Of a stretch of DNA of 64,000 nucleotides, positions 10,661 through 20,274 are shown one piece after another. The stretch spans positions 15,581 through 79,580 of the forward strand of contig JASFYO010000082.1 in the NCBI GenBank assembly GCA_045047305.1, given 5' to 3'. Every line of letters starts with the position of its first letter. Within the stretch, counting starts at the first letter, position 1. The position numbers were made by a program, and so were the translations under genes. This DNA is from Planctomycetota bacterium (GTDB lineage: Bacteria; Planctomycetota; UBA1135). Under the pieces are notes generated by a model that saw only the letters and a program-made list of their open reading frames with translations, was not told the origin of the DNA and did not search any database.

Positions 10661-11089
10661 TCAAATGAGAAAACGTTGGAAGCTTAAATACAGTGGTCGC
10701 GGTGGACCACGCGGAGGCCCAACAGAAACTGCTTCGCTTGCACGGCCGCAAGGAGGGTAATAGAGCGAAATTTGCTCAAACATGCAGGTCTGTAGAGCCG
10801 AGGAGGTTTTGTCCTCAGATGGAATGCGGGCACCCTCTTTGCTTGACGGCGGGGCCAATGGCAAGTTGAACTCACAACAGCATCCGGCGGAAAGAGAAGT
10901 GCCGTTTTCTTCTGTGGGCGCCTGGTGATCCGTGCAACAGCAAGACATAGAAGCCATGGCTTCCATTTCTGCGCATGAGACCCCAGCTGCCAAAACCGCA
11001 CCCAAACTGCTTGGAAGCAGTAGCAGCACAGTGGCAACGAAGGTGAGAAAGGCTTGCATGGGCATAAAGTAGAACATGTTTTGGGGCAA
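10661..11089 (-). CDS. Small Cys-rich exported leader protein with C-terminal RGPP motif (start may be an internal Met, e.g. MQAFL)
   Basis: Signal/TM segment, two CCC clusters, ends VGPPRGPPRPLYLSFQRFLI; first gene of the cus-like operon. Confidence 0.7.
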   Translation of the reverse strand: MPQNMFYFMPMQAFLTFVATVLLLLPSSLGAVLAAGVSCAEMEAMASMSCCCTDHQAPTEENGTSLSAGCCCEFNLPLAPPSSKEGARIPSEDKTSSALQTCMFEQISLYYPPCGRASEAVSVGPPRGPPRPLYLSFQRFLI

Positions 11090-11319
11090 TTATTCCTCGT
11101 TTTTGAGACAAAAATCCAAAAGAGTTGGCTTGCGTCAAAAAAGACCGCCTTGGACCTTTCCACGCTCCTATTGGAGCTGGATTCCTGGCTCCTTTTCATG
11201 AGTAAGAATAAAGTCGAAACTGAGAGAATAGAGAGCCGCATCCATGGAGCACCCCGAAGCATGCGGCTCTTCAGCTGCAGGAATTCTGCCATAATGAGGC
11301 CGTTCGGATTTGGACATTC

Positions 11320-12258
11320 ATGAAGCTTTCCTCAAAACACACTTTGCCCGTACTTGCCGCGATTGCCGCACTCTCTGCTCCAGCCTTCTCCCAATGAGGC
11401 GGCTGAAAAAATCCTAATCTACCGGTCGGTGGATTAAATGCATTTCAAAACGGCGACGATGTCATCGATTTTTCCTCTAAGCCTTGGACCGAGCGTATGC
11501 GGTACAGCATTGGCTTTAGTACTGCGACCAGCAACAAAATTTACAGTGGGTCCAGCGAAGTGCCCAATCCCACAGGGGAAGAAACGGAATTCCAGCAGTG
11601 GGCTTTGAACCTTCACTACCAGCAAAGCGCCCAGCATCGGTGGAGCTTAACCATGCCAACTATTTCGATTGAAGCACGAAATAATACGGGAGTGTTAGAA
11701 AAGGTTTCAGGTTTAGGAGACTTTGCCTTGGTCCATGGTTGGCGCCCGCAAGTCAGTGGCCCATGGGAGCTTTTGGTAGGCTTAGAATTGCCGACTGGGG
11801 AAGAGTTGGCCACGCCAGCTCCTGGGGTGATTCCTCCTTCCTTATTGCAGCCTGGAAGTGGAACTTGGGATCCAATGCTTGGCGTTTCGTGGACCAAAGT
11901 GACGGGCGAATTCAGCCACACCTTGAATGGCATAGGTTTGTTTCCCCTTGGTTCTTCTGATGCAGGCCTCAATCCCGGTAATCTGATGCAGGCCATGTAC
12001 CGCTTGGGTTGGAAGGTGAATGCCTCCGCCGAGGCCTCCTTCGGAGTTGAAGGGATTTTTCGTTCCAAGGACAAACTACTTGGCACTACTTTGGCAAACA
12101 CAAGCTCTAGCGTTTACGCCATTCGGCCTGGACTCCGCTGGGCATTTGAGGATGTCACTCTATTCGTTGGTGCGCGTTTTCCTTTCGCCTACGATGTTAA
12201 CGACACCCAAATCGCACCGGGTAATTTGCTTGAGTTTTGGTTCGGGTATGGGGGCTAA
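11320..12258 (+). CDS. Probable double-selenocysteine (UxxU) outer-membrane transporter-like protein (PF13557-like beta-barrel), 312 aa
   Basis: ATG at 11320 gives signal peptide MKLSSKHTLPVLAAIAALSAPAFS, then Q-TGA(11395)-G-G-TGA(11404)-KNPNLPVGG, continuous in frame with ORF 11497..12258 (GLGD, GLELPTG, LQPGSGTWDP, aromatic C-terminal strand). SECIS-like hairpin at 11415-11436. Confidence 0.8.
11415..11436 (+). promoter_or_regulatory. Bacterial SECIS-like hairpin
   Basis: TAATCTACC-GGTC-GGTGGATTA: 9-bp stem with one G-U pair and a GGUC loop, 17 nt after the second UGA and 26 nt after the first. The loop resembles the GGUC apical loop of the E. coli fdhF SECIS. Confidence 0.7.
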
Positions 12259-14184
12259 CTAGCGCAAGCGCAAGATGCGGTAGCCGTGAGCCTCCAAGCT
12301 TTCGCTGCCAACAAGCGAAATCGTTCCGCCTTGTACGATGTAGCTGCGGTTACTCATTTGATCCTCCAAGACGTCGCCATCAGCGAAATAGCGGTCGACG
12401 GGAATGACCAGGCTTTGGGTAGATTGATTGCTCCCAGCGACCATCAGTAAGGTGTCGTTCGCGTCCTCGCGCGCAAAAACCAGGATGCGCCCGGCGTTGT
12501 GCACCCAATATGGATCAAAGCTGCCTTCGCGCAAGGCAGAGAACTGATGTCGGAGTTGAGATAAGCGGCGCACGAGTTTGACCATGTCGCGGTCCCAGTT
12601 GGCCGTATTCCAATCAAAGGTACGGCGGTTATCTGGGTCGTTCCCTCCTGGAGTGCCGATTTCGTCGCCGTAATAGATCACTGGGCTGCCAGGCAGAGTG
12701 AACTGGAGGAAGGTGGCTTCGCGTACGCGGGAAGAGTCTAGTCCTGCACGGGAGAAGGCGCGGGACAGATCATGATTACCAAGTTGATGCCAAGAACTAT
12801 GGTTGGCGGTCGCAGGATAGGCGCGAGCCCCGCGCAGGATGCGATCTCTGAAATCGGCAACACTATCGTTCCGCGTGAGGCAGTAATCTTGAACGGGGAA
12901 AAGGAAACCGTTGAAATCCATAACCCCGTCAAACTGTTTGCCATCGAGCCAAGCGAGCGCGTCGCCCCATTCTTCAAGAATGAGTAGTGCATCTGGGTCA
13001 TCGCCCTTCAGCAGCGTACGCATTTCTTCCCACACTGTGTGATCGCCACCCTCGCAGCCTGGGCCGACGTCTTTCGCAGCATCTAAGCGCCAGCCGCTAA
13101 TGCCCGTTTGCAGCCATCCACGCAACACGCTGTCGGACGCGCGCACCATGCGGTCACGAACCTCTGGATTGGCATAATTCAATTTGGGTAAAGAGTTAAT
13201 CGCAAACCAACTGCAATAGTTCTCTGGGAAATTGACCGGGTCAAAGCCTGGAAGGAAGGTAAACCAATCTCCGTAGGCACTGCTTGTCGGGTCTTCATGC
13301 GCCCCTGTCCATGGGTAAACGTGATAGCGGTCGAACCACTCACTCCATGAGCTACAGTGATTTAAGACTCCATCCAAAATCACGCGCGTGCCCAGCTGCC
13401 GCAAACCCAGGACTAAGGCGTCAAACTCGGCATTGCTGCCAAGATGGGGATCAATGCGGTCGTAGCTGGTTGCGTCGTAACGATGATTGCTGCGGCTTTC
13501 AAAAACAGGATTCAACCACAGGAAGTCAATGCCAAGCCATTGCAAGTAATCCCGACGTTGCCAAATGCCTAAAAGATCTCCACCAAAAAAGTCCGATCCG
13601 CCAAGTGGTAATTCATTCCAAGAGGCATGTGCTGTAATGCCAACCCCGGGGGCGATTTCCCATTGCCCCGTTTGCGGGTCATTATTGGAGTCACCGTTGC
13701 GGAAGCGGTCGGGGAAAATCTGATATCCGACGGCACCCCGTGCCCATGCCGGACCTTTGAATCCAGGACGGATTTGGAAGTCACGAATCCTGAGGTCCCA
13801 GTTGTCGGTAGTGCCCGTGACTTGATACCAATCGACGCAACCCTGGTCTTCCAAGCGGAAGCGATACCACAATGTGTCGGTTCCAAGCACGACGTCTGCG
13901 CGCCACAGGTCAAAGTTCTGGTTCGGCCCGACTTGGGTTTCAATCCACATGGGGACCAGAACCTCTCCACCGGATCCACCGTTGAGTCCGGTATCCCAAA
14001 TGCGAACCGTTGCGGTTTGCAGGTCACCAGCAGCAGAGCGCATGCGTAAGCTCACGGTGTCGCCCGGCATCGGCTCCAAAGGAGAGCAATAAAGTGGCGA
14101 TTGATCGTGGAAAATCGCGTCGCCGTCAATGTTGCTGCACTGCGCCGATGCAGCTAGAGCGAGTAGGGGAATGAGGGGCAACAT
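12259..14184 (-). CDS. GH13 alpha-glycosidase (neopullulanase/maltodextrin glucosidase-like) with probable signal peptide
   Basis: YQIFPDRF, FFGGDLLG, SNHRYD, GWRLDAA, ILEEW, GNHD, IYYGDEIG and DPDNRR motifs; start placed at MLPLIPLLALAASA. Confidence 0.9.
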   Translation of the reverse strand: MLPLIPLLALAASAQCSNIDGDAIFHDQSPLYCSPLEPMPGDTVSLRMRSAAGDLQTATVRIWDTGLNGGSGGEVLVPMWIETQVGPNQNFDLWRADVVLGTDTLWYRFRLEDQGCVDWYQVTGTTDNWDLRIRDFQIRPGFKGPAWARGAVGYQIFPDRFRNGDSNNDPQTGQWEIAPGVGITAHASWNELPLGGSDFFGGDLLGIWQRRDYLQWLGIDFLWLNPVFESRSNHRYDATSYDRIDPHLGSNAEFDALVLGLRQLGTRVILDGVLNHCSSWSEWFDRYHVYPWTGAHEDPTSSAYGDWFTFLPGFDPVNFPENYCSWFAINSLPKLNYANPEVRDRMVRASDSVLRGWLQTGISGWRLDAAKDVGPGCEGGDHTVWEEMRTLLKGDDPDALLILEEWGDALAWLDGKQFDGVMDFNGFLFPVQDYCLTRNDSVADFRDRILRGARAYPATANHSSWHQLGNHDLSRAFSRAGLDSSRVREATFLQFTLPGSPVIYYGDEIGTPGGNDPDNRRTFDWNTANWDRDMVKLVRRLSQLRHQFSALREGSFDPYWVHNAGRILVFAREDANDTLLMVAGSNQSTQSLVIPVDRYFADGDVLEDQMSNRSYIVQGGTISLVGSESLEAHGYRILRLR

Positions 14185-14348
14185 ACAGCTTAAGGATATC
14201 CCAGGAATGGGAAGCGGGGGTACTCTCGACGGTAACTTATTTGCATCCAAACGGAAGTGCGGTTGGCTAAACCAAGCTGCGATGCCGTTGGGAAGCGTGG
14301 TTTATTATTTACCGCAGTAGGACCCTGGCGCTTGGCAAGGGCGTGGAA

Positions 14349-16970
14349 TTAGCCTTCACTCTCATTTTCCTCCATTGCTTTTGCGATAGATGATTGCTCC
14401 AAGGTAAAAGAGAAAACTTGCAGGCTGGGCAGGTTTTTTACTTCCATGGAGGTTTGCTCCGCCTGGATTCCCTTGCGGTCATAATGGATTCCGCTTGACG
14501 AAGCTTGTTTCTGAATCGAAAAGTTGACGCGGTAGGTTCCATATGCCTGCAATGTTTTTGGCGAGGCCTCGGCGCCAAAGTGACTGATTTGATTGGTGTA
14601 GCGCCGATCCGTCTCTCCACGATCATTGAGATCGATGGGGCTGATCCACGCATAGAGATTCCATCCGTCAGGAATCACATTTGGGTTATTTAAATCAAGG
14701 CGAATCGGAAATCCAAGACCAAGGATGACTTCATGTTCACCAACGACCTGGTTTAACTTCACGCTTTGATAGCCGGCCGCGCCAATCATGAGATCTATCG
14801 CTGGTTCACGTGTGATGATGTCAATGGGAGAGGTGCTAGCGATGCGCTTCCAGTTACTACCAGCAGGCCAAACCTTGACTTGATTAAGCACTTCGCCTTG
14901 GATGTTTTTTACCCAAAGACGAATCACCTGAAGGGTGCTGCGTAAATCGATTACATCTAGCGTTTGAGTTAACTGGCTGTTGGATAGCAAGATATGGTCT
15001 TGTCTAAAAAGTTCCTGTGTTTGGAATTCGGAAGTAAGTGATAAATCGGCATACCCGGCAGGGAGATTGTCAATACGGTAGCTACCATCCTCAGCAAGCT
15101 CGGAGCCGAGCGAAGTGGTTCCGCCCGCGAGATTGGGGCTCGGAAAACTAAGGCTGGCGGTTAGTTTCGTGGCATCGATCTTCGCGTCGAGTAAGAAGGA
15201 GCCCCTCACTTGGACCGATCTATCTAAACGTAACTCTAATCCCTCTTTGCCAAGCACAAAACCAAGGCTCCCCGCACGATAAGAATCTTTGGAGGCTTTA
15301 ATGCGGTAAGCTCCAGACTCGACATAGCCTCGGATGCTGAAAGCTCCATCCTGATCTGATTCTGTTCGGAATTCCCAAAGCCCATTCCACCAAAAATCAT
15401 TTTCGCCTTCACCATACTGATGTTTCACTTCGAGGTTTACTTTGGCCTTGCGTATGGGGATGCCGGAATTGTCTAAGATTTTCCCTGAGACAAGCAGGGG
15501 AGGAACCTGAAGGACTAAGTCTCCTAAATCATTTTCTCCAGGACTTAGATGGAAGCTCAAGTCTGATTTTACTGTGCGCCTGGGCTTACGTTTGGTTGGC
15601 TTCATGGTAATGCTAAGAGTGCGCAAAGATTCTTCCTCATAAAAGTCCTCTACCAGTAGACGAAAGCGGCCATTCTCATCGGTGCGAAACGAAGCCGAGC
15701 GGTTTGATCTGTCTCCTCCAGGGGAATCAACATTTATCCGGTAATCCAAGTTCAAGTTGGGGCCGATGACGCCTTCGGTGTTGAGAATGCGTCCAACTAA
15801 AATCGGATGGGATATTATTGGAGTTAAGGTAAATACAGTAGGTTTACCATGGACGACAGGACCTTCTCCAAAAGCCTCTGCACGGCGTTCTCCATCATTG
15901 GAAGTCACGCTGATGTGAAGGCGCTGGCCGTAGGCGATCAAAGGGAACTCTGCGATACCTTGCGTCGTACGCTTGGTGAGATGTTCGCGCGGGTTATTCC
16001 ATGACTCAAATTCATCCGAACTTTGGTAAACATCCTCCGGGCGTAAAAGTTCTACATTGACGAGAAAGGTACCGGTTGATGGGTTTCCATCTGCTTCCAA
16101 AACATGTACCTGCACTTGCCCCATCTCGTTAAAAACGAGAACCGGGGGGGTCTCGGGGAGATCTTTGACATCAATTGCCGCTTCCACCGGTTGTGGCGTC
16201 AGAGCCAATAGTGCAACGAAGGTCGGGTCATCGGCTAGCTCTATCTGCAGGAGCTGAAATAGTTTTAGGCTAGCGAAACCATCTTGATCGGTATACGCAG
16301 TCATTAAATCTTGCACATGATCTCCATTGCGCACTCGCAGAGAAACAGGAGCGCCTTGCACTGGCCCTTCACTTTGATTTACTACCTGCACGGTCAAAAT
16401 ATCGACGGGATTAAGGTAAAGAGTGAACTCCTCCAAGTCTTCATCGACGTTGAAAGAAAAGTTGAAGTGCGTAGCGGTGCGGCCGGCAATGATATTGGCA
16501 CCGATTGCGAAGGGCACCCGCACTTTGGCATCGCTTCCCGTTTTATAAACTACCCCAAGCTTTTCAAAAACGGAATCGAAGTCGGGTCGGTTCGCTAACT
16601 CTGCCTCCAACATGCGCATATCGGCAATCCCAGTATCGATAACCATCACCTCCGCAAAGGGCAATGGTTTTTTGGTGTTGCCATCCACCACAACGACCAG
16701 CAGACCTTCGCCTGCCTCCTCCCCATAGTCGATAGCATTTTTACCGTTTGAGGTCGAAATCGTAGTACGTTGCGGTGCGATTTCGACGCCTGACGGTTTC
16801 TTTACGGTTGGCGCTGCCGTGATGACACCCACTGCTCCTTGCACCTCTTCGGCCAAATTTGGGTCATGGTCTCCATCTGAAGGTGGAGCAACATCGCTCG
16901 AAAGTATGAATATTGCGATGCCTGCAAGCAGCAGGAGAAGAAATGCAAGTGGGAGCCGTGTGCGCACCAT
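14349..16970 (-). CDS. Large N-terminally anchored protein with carboxypeptidase-regulatory-like (transthyretin-like) repeats
   Basis: N-terminal TM; repeated G.ILD..G.PI / TD..G.F beta-sandwich motifs; paralogue of the adjacent gene. Confidence 0.75.
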   Translation of the reverse strand: MVRTRLPLAFLLLLLAGIAIFILSSDVAPPSDGDHDPNLAEEVQGAVGVITAAPTVKKPSGVEIAPQRTTISTSNGKNAIDYGEEAGEGLLVVVVDGNTKKPLPFAEVMVIDTGIADMRMLEAELANRPDFDSVFEKLGVVYKTGSDAKVRVPFAIGANIIAGRTATHFNFSFNVDEDLEEFTLYLNPVDILTVQVVNQSEGPVQGAPVSLRVRNGDHVQDLMTAYTDQDGFASLKLFQLLQIELADDPTFVALLALTPQPVEAAIDVKDLPETPPVLVFNEMGQVQVHVLEADGNPSTGTFLVNVELLRPEDVYQSSDEFESWNNPREHLTKRTTQGIAEFPLIAYGQRLHISVTSNDGERRAEAFGEGPVVHGKPTVFTLTPIISHPILVGRILNTEGVIGPNLNLDYRINVDSPGGDRSNRSASFRTDENGRFRLLVEDFYEEESLRTLSITMKPTKRKPRRTVKSDLSFHLSPGENDLGDLVLQVPPLLVSGKILDNSGIPIRKAKVNLEVKHQYGEGENDFWWNGLWEFRTESDQDGAFSIRGYVESGAYRIKASKDSYRAGSLGFVLGKEGLELRLDRSVQVRGSFLLDAKIDATKLTASLSFPSPNLAGGTTSLGSELAEDGSYRIDNLPAGYADLSLTSEFQTQELFRQDHILLSNSQLTQTLDVIDLRSTLQVIRLWVKNIQGEVLNQVKVWPAGSNWKRIASTSPIDIITREPAIDLMIGAAGYQSVKLNQVVGEHEVILGLGFPIRLDLNNPNVIPDGWNLYAWISPIDLNDRGETDRRYTNQISHFGAEASPKTLQAYGTYRVNFSIQKQASSSGIHYDRKGIQAEQTSMEVKNLPSLQVFSFTLEQSSIAKAMEENESEG

Positions 16971-16992
16971 GGCTCCAGTCTAGCGGAGATAT

Positions 16993-19572
16993 TTAGTCTT
17001 CTCGGGTTGCTAGCCTTTCTGCGAAGCTGATGATGCGGGGCGCGAGAGTGAGATCGAATTCCTGCTCCTTCTCGCCAGCGTCAATGTTGAAGTATTGAGC
17101 TTCCCCAACAGAGTAAACGTTGTTTCCGCCCTGCCTTTTTCCGGTGCGCTGAAGGCTTTTCTGAAGTAGGTAGCGCCCTTCAAGTCCCGCGTTTCCGACC
17201 CAATCCCCTTGCTCATCCTTCTTCAGTGAAATGAACGAGGTGCGGCTGTCGTTTGGATCATCGCTTTTAAGAACAAGGTTGAGATTCAAGCCTACCTTTG
17301 GATCCACTTGATCTATGTTCACAATGTGGAAGCGAATCGGGGTGCCTGCGACTAGAACCAAGTCATAGTCTTGATTCAGGTGGGGGAGCTGGATGCTGCG
17401 GTAGCCCTCGGCGCTAATTTGTACATCGATTACGCCGTTGCTTGCTAATAGCTTGATCGGTTGCGTGGAGTGCCGTCGCGCATGCTTGGATTTTTTGGCT
17501 TTTGCATAGAGCATAGAAATAGCCTGGCCCTGAGAATCCACTGCCGTGATTGTGCTGTAGTGGAGGCGGCCGCGAAGATCAATGTTTGCAATCCGCGTGG
17601 CGGTTCCGGGATCGAGGAAGTTTAGATTGTCGAAGAACTCAAAGACCTCACCGGTGGAGGTGGAAGAAATGGTGAGGGTTCCGTTTTCGCTTTCCATGCC
17701 GCGAATGGAAAAGCTCCCATCCGCCTTGATCCGATGGCCAAAGGAGGTCGTGCCGTTGGCTTCATCCAAATAGAGCGAAATATCATCGAGGTCGATGTCG
17801 TTGTCTACAAGGATTCTGCCCGCCAAGGCGACTTGGTCGTGAAGCTGAACCACAATTTTGGAATCTCCAGGGTCGAGTTTCACGGTGGAAGTCGAGTAAT
17901 GGGGATGGCTGACTTCTAATCGATAGTTTCCGGCATCAGTAAAGCCACGAATCTCAAACTTACCGTTACCTTTGGTCCTTGCACCCAATGTCCAGTTGAT
18001 CTTCCAGTTGGGAATTCCACTAATTGGAGAAAGGGCGGAGGCTATTTGTGTTTGCACTGCAGCTTGCCTAATAGGTTTGCCGTTCTTATCTAGCACGATG
18101 CCTTTGGCAAATAAGGGAAGGGTGTCTAGGACTACATCTCCTAAGTCGTATTCGCCGACAGGTATTTGGAAACTCAAATCAAACAAGGCGCCACGCTTTG
18201 GTTTGCGTTTCGTTTTATTCAAAATAAACTGGCCGGTGCGCTTGGCGCCTTTCTCAAACCCCGTCCGCATCAACACGCGGAAGCGCCCTTCCTTGTCGGA
18301 GGCAACTGCACGACCTTCTTGATCGTCTCCTGGTTGGCTTGAAGAATCAAAAAATGCCCGGAGGTTCAGGTTCTTGCCAACCACGCCATCGGCATTAAGA
18401 AAGCGGCCAGTGAGTAAGACCCCTCGAATCTTTGGCTGCAATACGAAGGAAACTTTTTCGCCTTGCACCTTGGGGCCAAGACCAACAGCTGTTTCGTACA
18501 AATCTCCATTCGAAGTTGAGACGCGGATGCCCAGGTTTAACCCAGTCTCAACATGGGTGTACATGACCATGCCGCGATCGGACCCGTAATTGAGGGAGCT
18601 TCGCTCATACTTCGGGGGTTGGTCGGGGTTCGGATAGGAGGTGATGCCATGGTCGAGAATAGAAAGACGCATGAAATACATCTCGTTTACCGGTTTCCCA
18701 TTCTCGTCAATCACTTTGATTTCAACCGACCCAGTAGGCGGAACTACAAGCACTGGTGGAGCAACGGATAGCTCCTTCAAATCAATCGGCGTTTTCACTT
18801 CCTCGCGGGAAAGGATGCGAAGACTTGCGAAAACAGGGGCATCTACCTTTTCGCGCATGACACGGAAAAAGGGAAAAGTCACGAGTCCATTCGTTCCGCT
18901 CTGCCCAAACAGAAGTGGGTTTGCGTAGTTATGTTCTTGTACGGAAAGGAGTGCTGGAACCCCGCTTACTGGCTTGCCTAAGTTATCCACCACTTGGACT
19001 ACGCATTGGTCCATAGGCGCGATACTGAGGGTGTACTCACCACTGGAGACATCGACTCCAGAAACGAAGTCAAAGTGGGTGTAGGTTTCTCCAGCGAGAA
19101 CCAAAAAACCCTCTGGTTGAGGAATACGCACTTGGGCTTGCTCATTGGTTTTATAAGCTTGGCCAAAGCGGCGGAACAGCCGTGGAGTGTGGTTCTCCCA
19201 TTCTTGTTGCTCGATAAAGGCGTTTAGGTCCGCGACAGCTCCATCCACCACAATGACATGCGCAAGTGGTATCGGCTCCTTGGTGACGCTATCGATGACG
19301 GTGATGAGTACCCCGCCCTTTTCAACTGCTGTGGCATAAGGGCGCGGGTCATTGCTTTTTTTAGGCGCTTCCTCCTTAACTCTTTCGACTGCGCCGGTGG
19401 AAACTGTTTCGAGTTTCACGGTAGGAGCTGACTCGATCAACTGAGCGGGAGCAAGCTCGAGCTTCTGCTTGGGGGTGGAAGATAGTGATTCCGGTTCCGC
19501 TTGATTGAGGAAAAGGAATACACCCAACACAGCAATCACGGTAATAGTTAGGGGGAGCCAAACGCGAGACAT
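16993..19572 (-). CDS. Paralogous large membrane-anchored beta-sandwich repeat protein
   Basis: Same architecture; shares AGETYTHF/AGRTATHF, TKRKP and DLSF..GE.DLGD.VL blocks with 14349..16970. Confidence 0.75.
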   Translation of the reverse strand: MSRVWLPLTITVIAVLGVFLFLNQAEPESLSSTPKQKLELAPAQLIESAPTVKLETVSTGAVERVKEEAPKKSNDPRPYATAVEKGGVLITVIDSVTKEPIPLAHVIVVDGAVADLNAFIEQQEWENHTPRLFRRFGQAYKTNEQAQVRIPQPEGFLVLAGETYTHFDFVSGVDVSSGEYTLSIAPMDQCVVQVVDNLGKPVSGVPALLSVQEHNYANPLLFGQSGTNGLVTFPFFRVMREKVDAPVFASLRILSREEVKTPIDLKELSVAPPVLVVPPTGSVEIKVIDENGKPVNEMYFMRLSILDHGITSYPNPDQPPKYERSSLNYGSDRGMVMYTHVETGLNLGIRVSTSNGDLYETAVGLGPKVQGEKVSFVLQPKIRGVLLTGRFLNADGVVGKNLNLRAFFDSSSQPGDDQEGRAVASDKEGRFRVLMRTGFEKGAKRTGQFILNKTKRKPKRGALFDLSFQIPVGEYDLGDVVLDTLPLFAKGIVLDKNGKPIRQAAVQTQIASALSPISGIPNWKINWTLGARTKGNGKFEIRGFTDAGNYRLEVSHPHYSTSTVKLDPGDSKIVVQLHDQVALAGRILVDNDIDLDDISLYLDEANGTTSFGHRIKADGSFSIRGMESENGTLTISSTSTGEVFEFFDNLNFLDPGTATRIANIDLRGRLHYSTITAVDSQGQAISMLYAKAKKSKHARRHSTQPIKLLASNGVIDVQISAEGYRSIQLPHLNQDYDLVLVAGTPIRFHIVNIDQVDPKVGLNLNLVLKSDDPNDSRTSFISLKKDEQGDWVGNAGLEGRYLLQKSLQRTGKRQGGNNVYSVGEAQYFNIDAGEKEQEFDLTLAPRIISFAERLATRED

Positions 19573-19580
19573 GCCTTAGC

Positions 19581-19790
19581 TTAGCTTGGATTGCGTTGCT
19601 CTACTCTATGGTTATCCAAGCAAGAAATACTTTTGGGGGATTTATAAGCCGAGAAGGTCGAGCATAAACTAGTCGGCGAGGCCGGTGCCACAAGTTGTTT
19701 TGCTTTAGCGGCAGCCGCATGAATCAACTGCTGATTGAAGGAAGCACGTCGTGCACTGCCTGCGAACATGAGAAGTTTGGGTGTGTTCAT
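19581..19790 (-). pseudogene. Truncated NADPH-dependent FMN reductase remnant
   Basis: ATGA overlap with doxX; MNTPKLLMFAGSARRASFNQQL matches the GSxRxxSxN N-terminal motif, then similarity is lost after about 33 aa. Confidence 0.65.
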
Positions 19791-20203
19791 CGACGTGGAA
19801 GTAGTGCTTTGATGGAGAGTGAACCGCCACCGGTGAGGATGAGTGCGGTCAAGAATACTGCGATGAGTAAGGCGTGTTCGCGCTCCCCATATCCGGTGTG
19901 CGCCATGAACGCTCCAACGAAAAGGGTGAAAGCCGCGGGGATTGCTGCAAGGCGAATGCCAACTCCAAGGAGCATGAAGACGCCGCCGAAGAACTCGGAG
20001 GCCGCTGCGAGGAAGGCACTGACTGAAGGCATGGGGACATCCATGCTGCCGAGCCAACCACCAAACCCTTCCAGGCCGGGGCCGTCGAAGGCGCCGAACA
20101 ATTTTTGGCTGCCGTGGTAAAGGAGCGCGGTGGCAAGCATCAAGCGCATGAGCAGCAACCCATAATCCATTTGGGTGTGGCGTGGTGTGTTTTCCATAGG
20201 CAT
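19787..20203 (-). CDS. DoxX family membrane protein
   Basis: LLLMRL..HGSQKLFGAFDGPGL, EFFGG and G.G.LS motifs. Confidence 0.9.
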   Translation of the reverse strand: MPMENTPRHTQMDYGLLLMRLMLATALLYHGSQKLFGAFDGPGLEGFGGWLGSMDVPMPSVSAFLAAASEFFGGVFMLLGVGIRLAAIPAAFTLFVGAFMAHTGYGEREHALLIAVFLTALILTGGGSLSIKALLPRR

Positions 20204-20274
20204 AGCTTAGGACAGTGCGAATGAGAGACAATCCGTGTAAAGTGGGTCAGTTTGTCACGAATTCGATACAAGAA

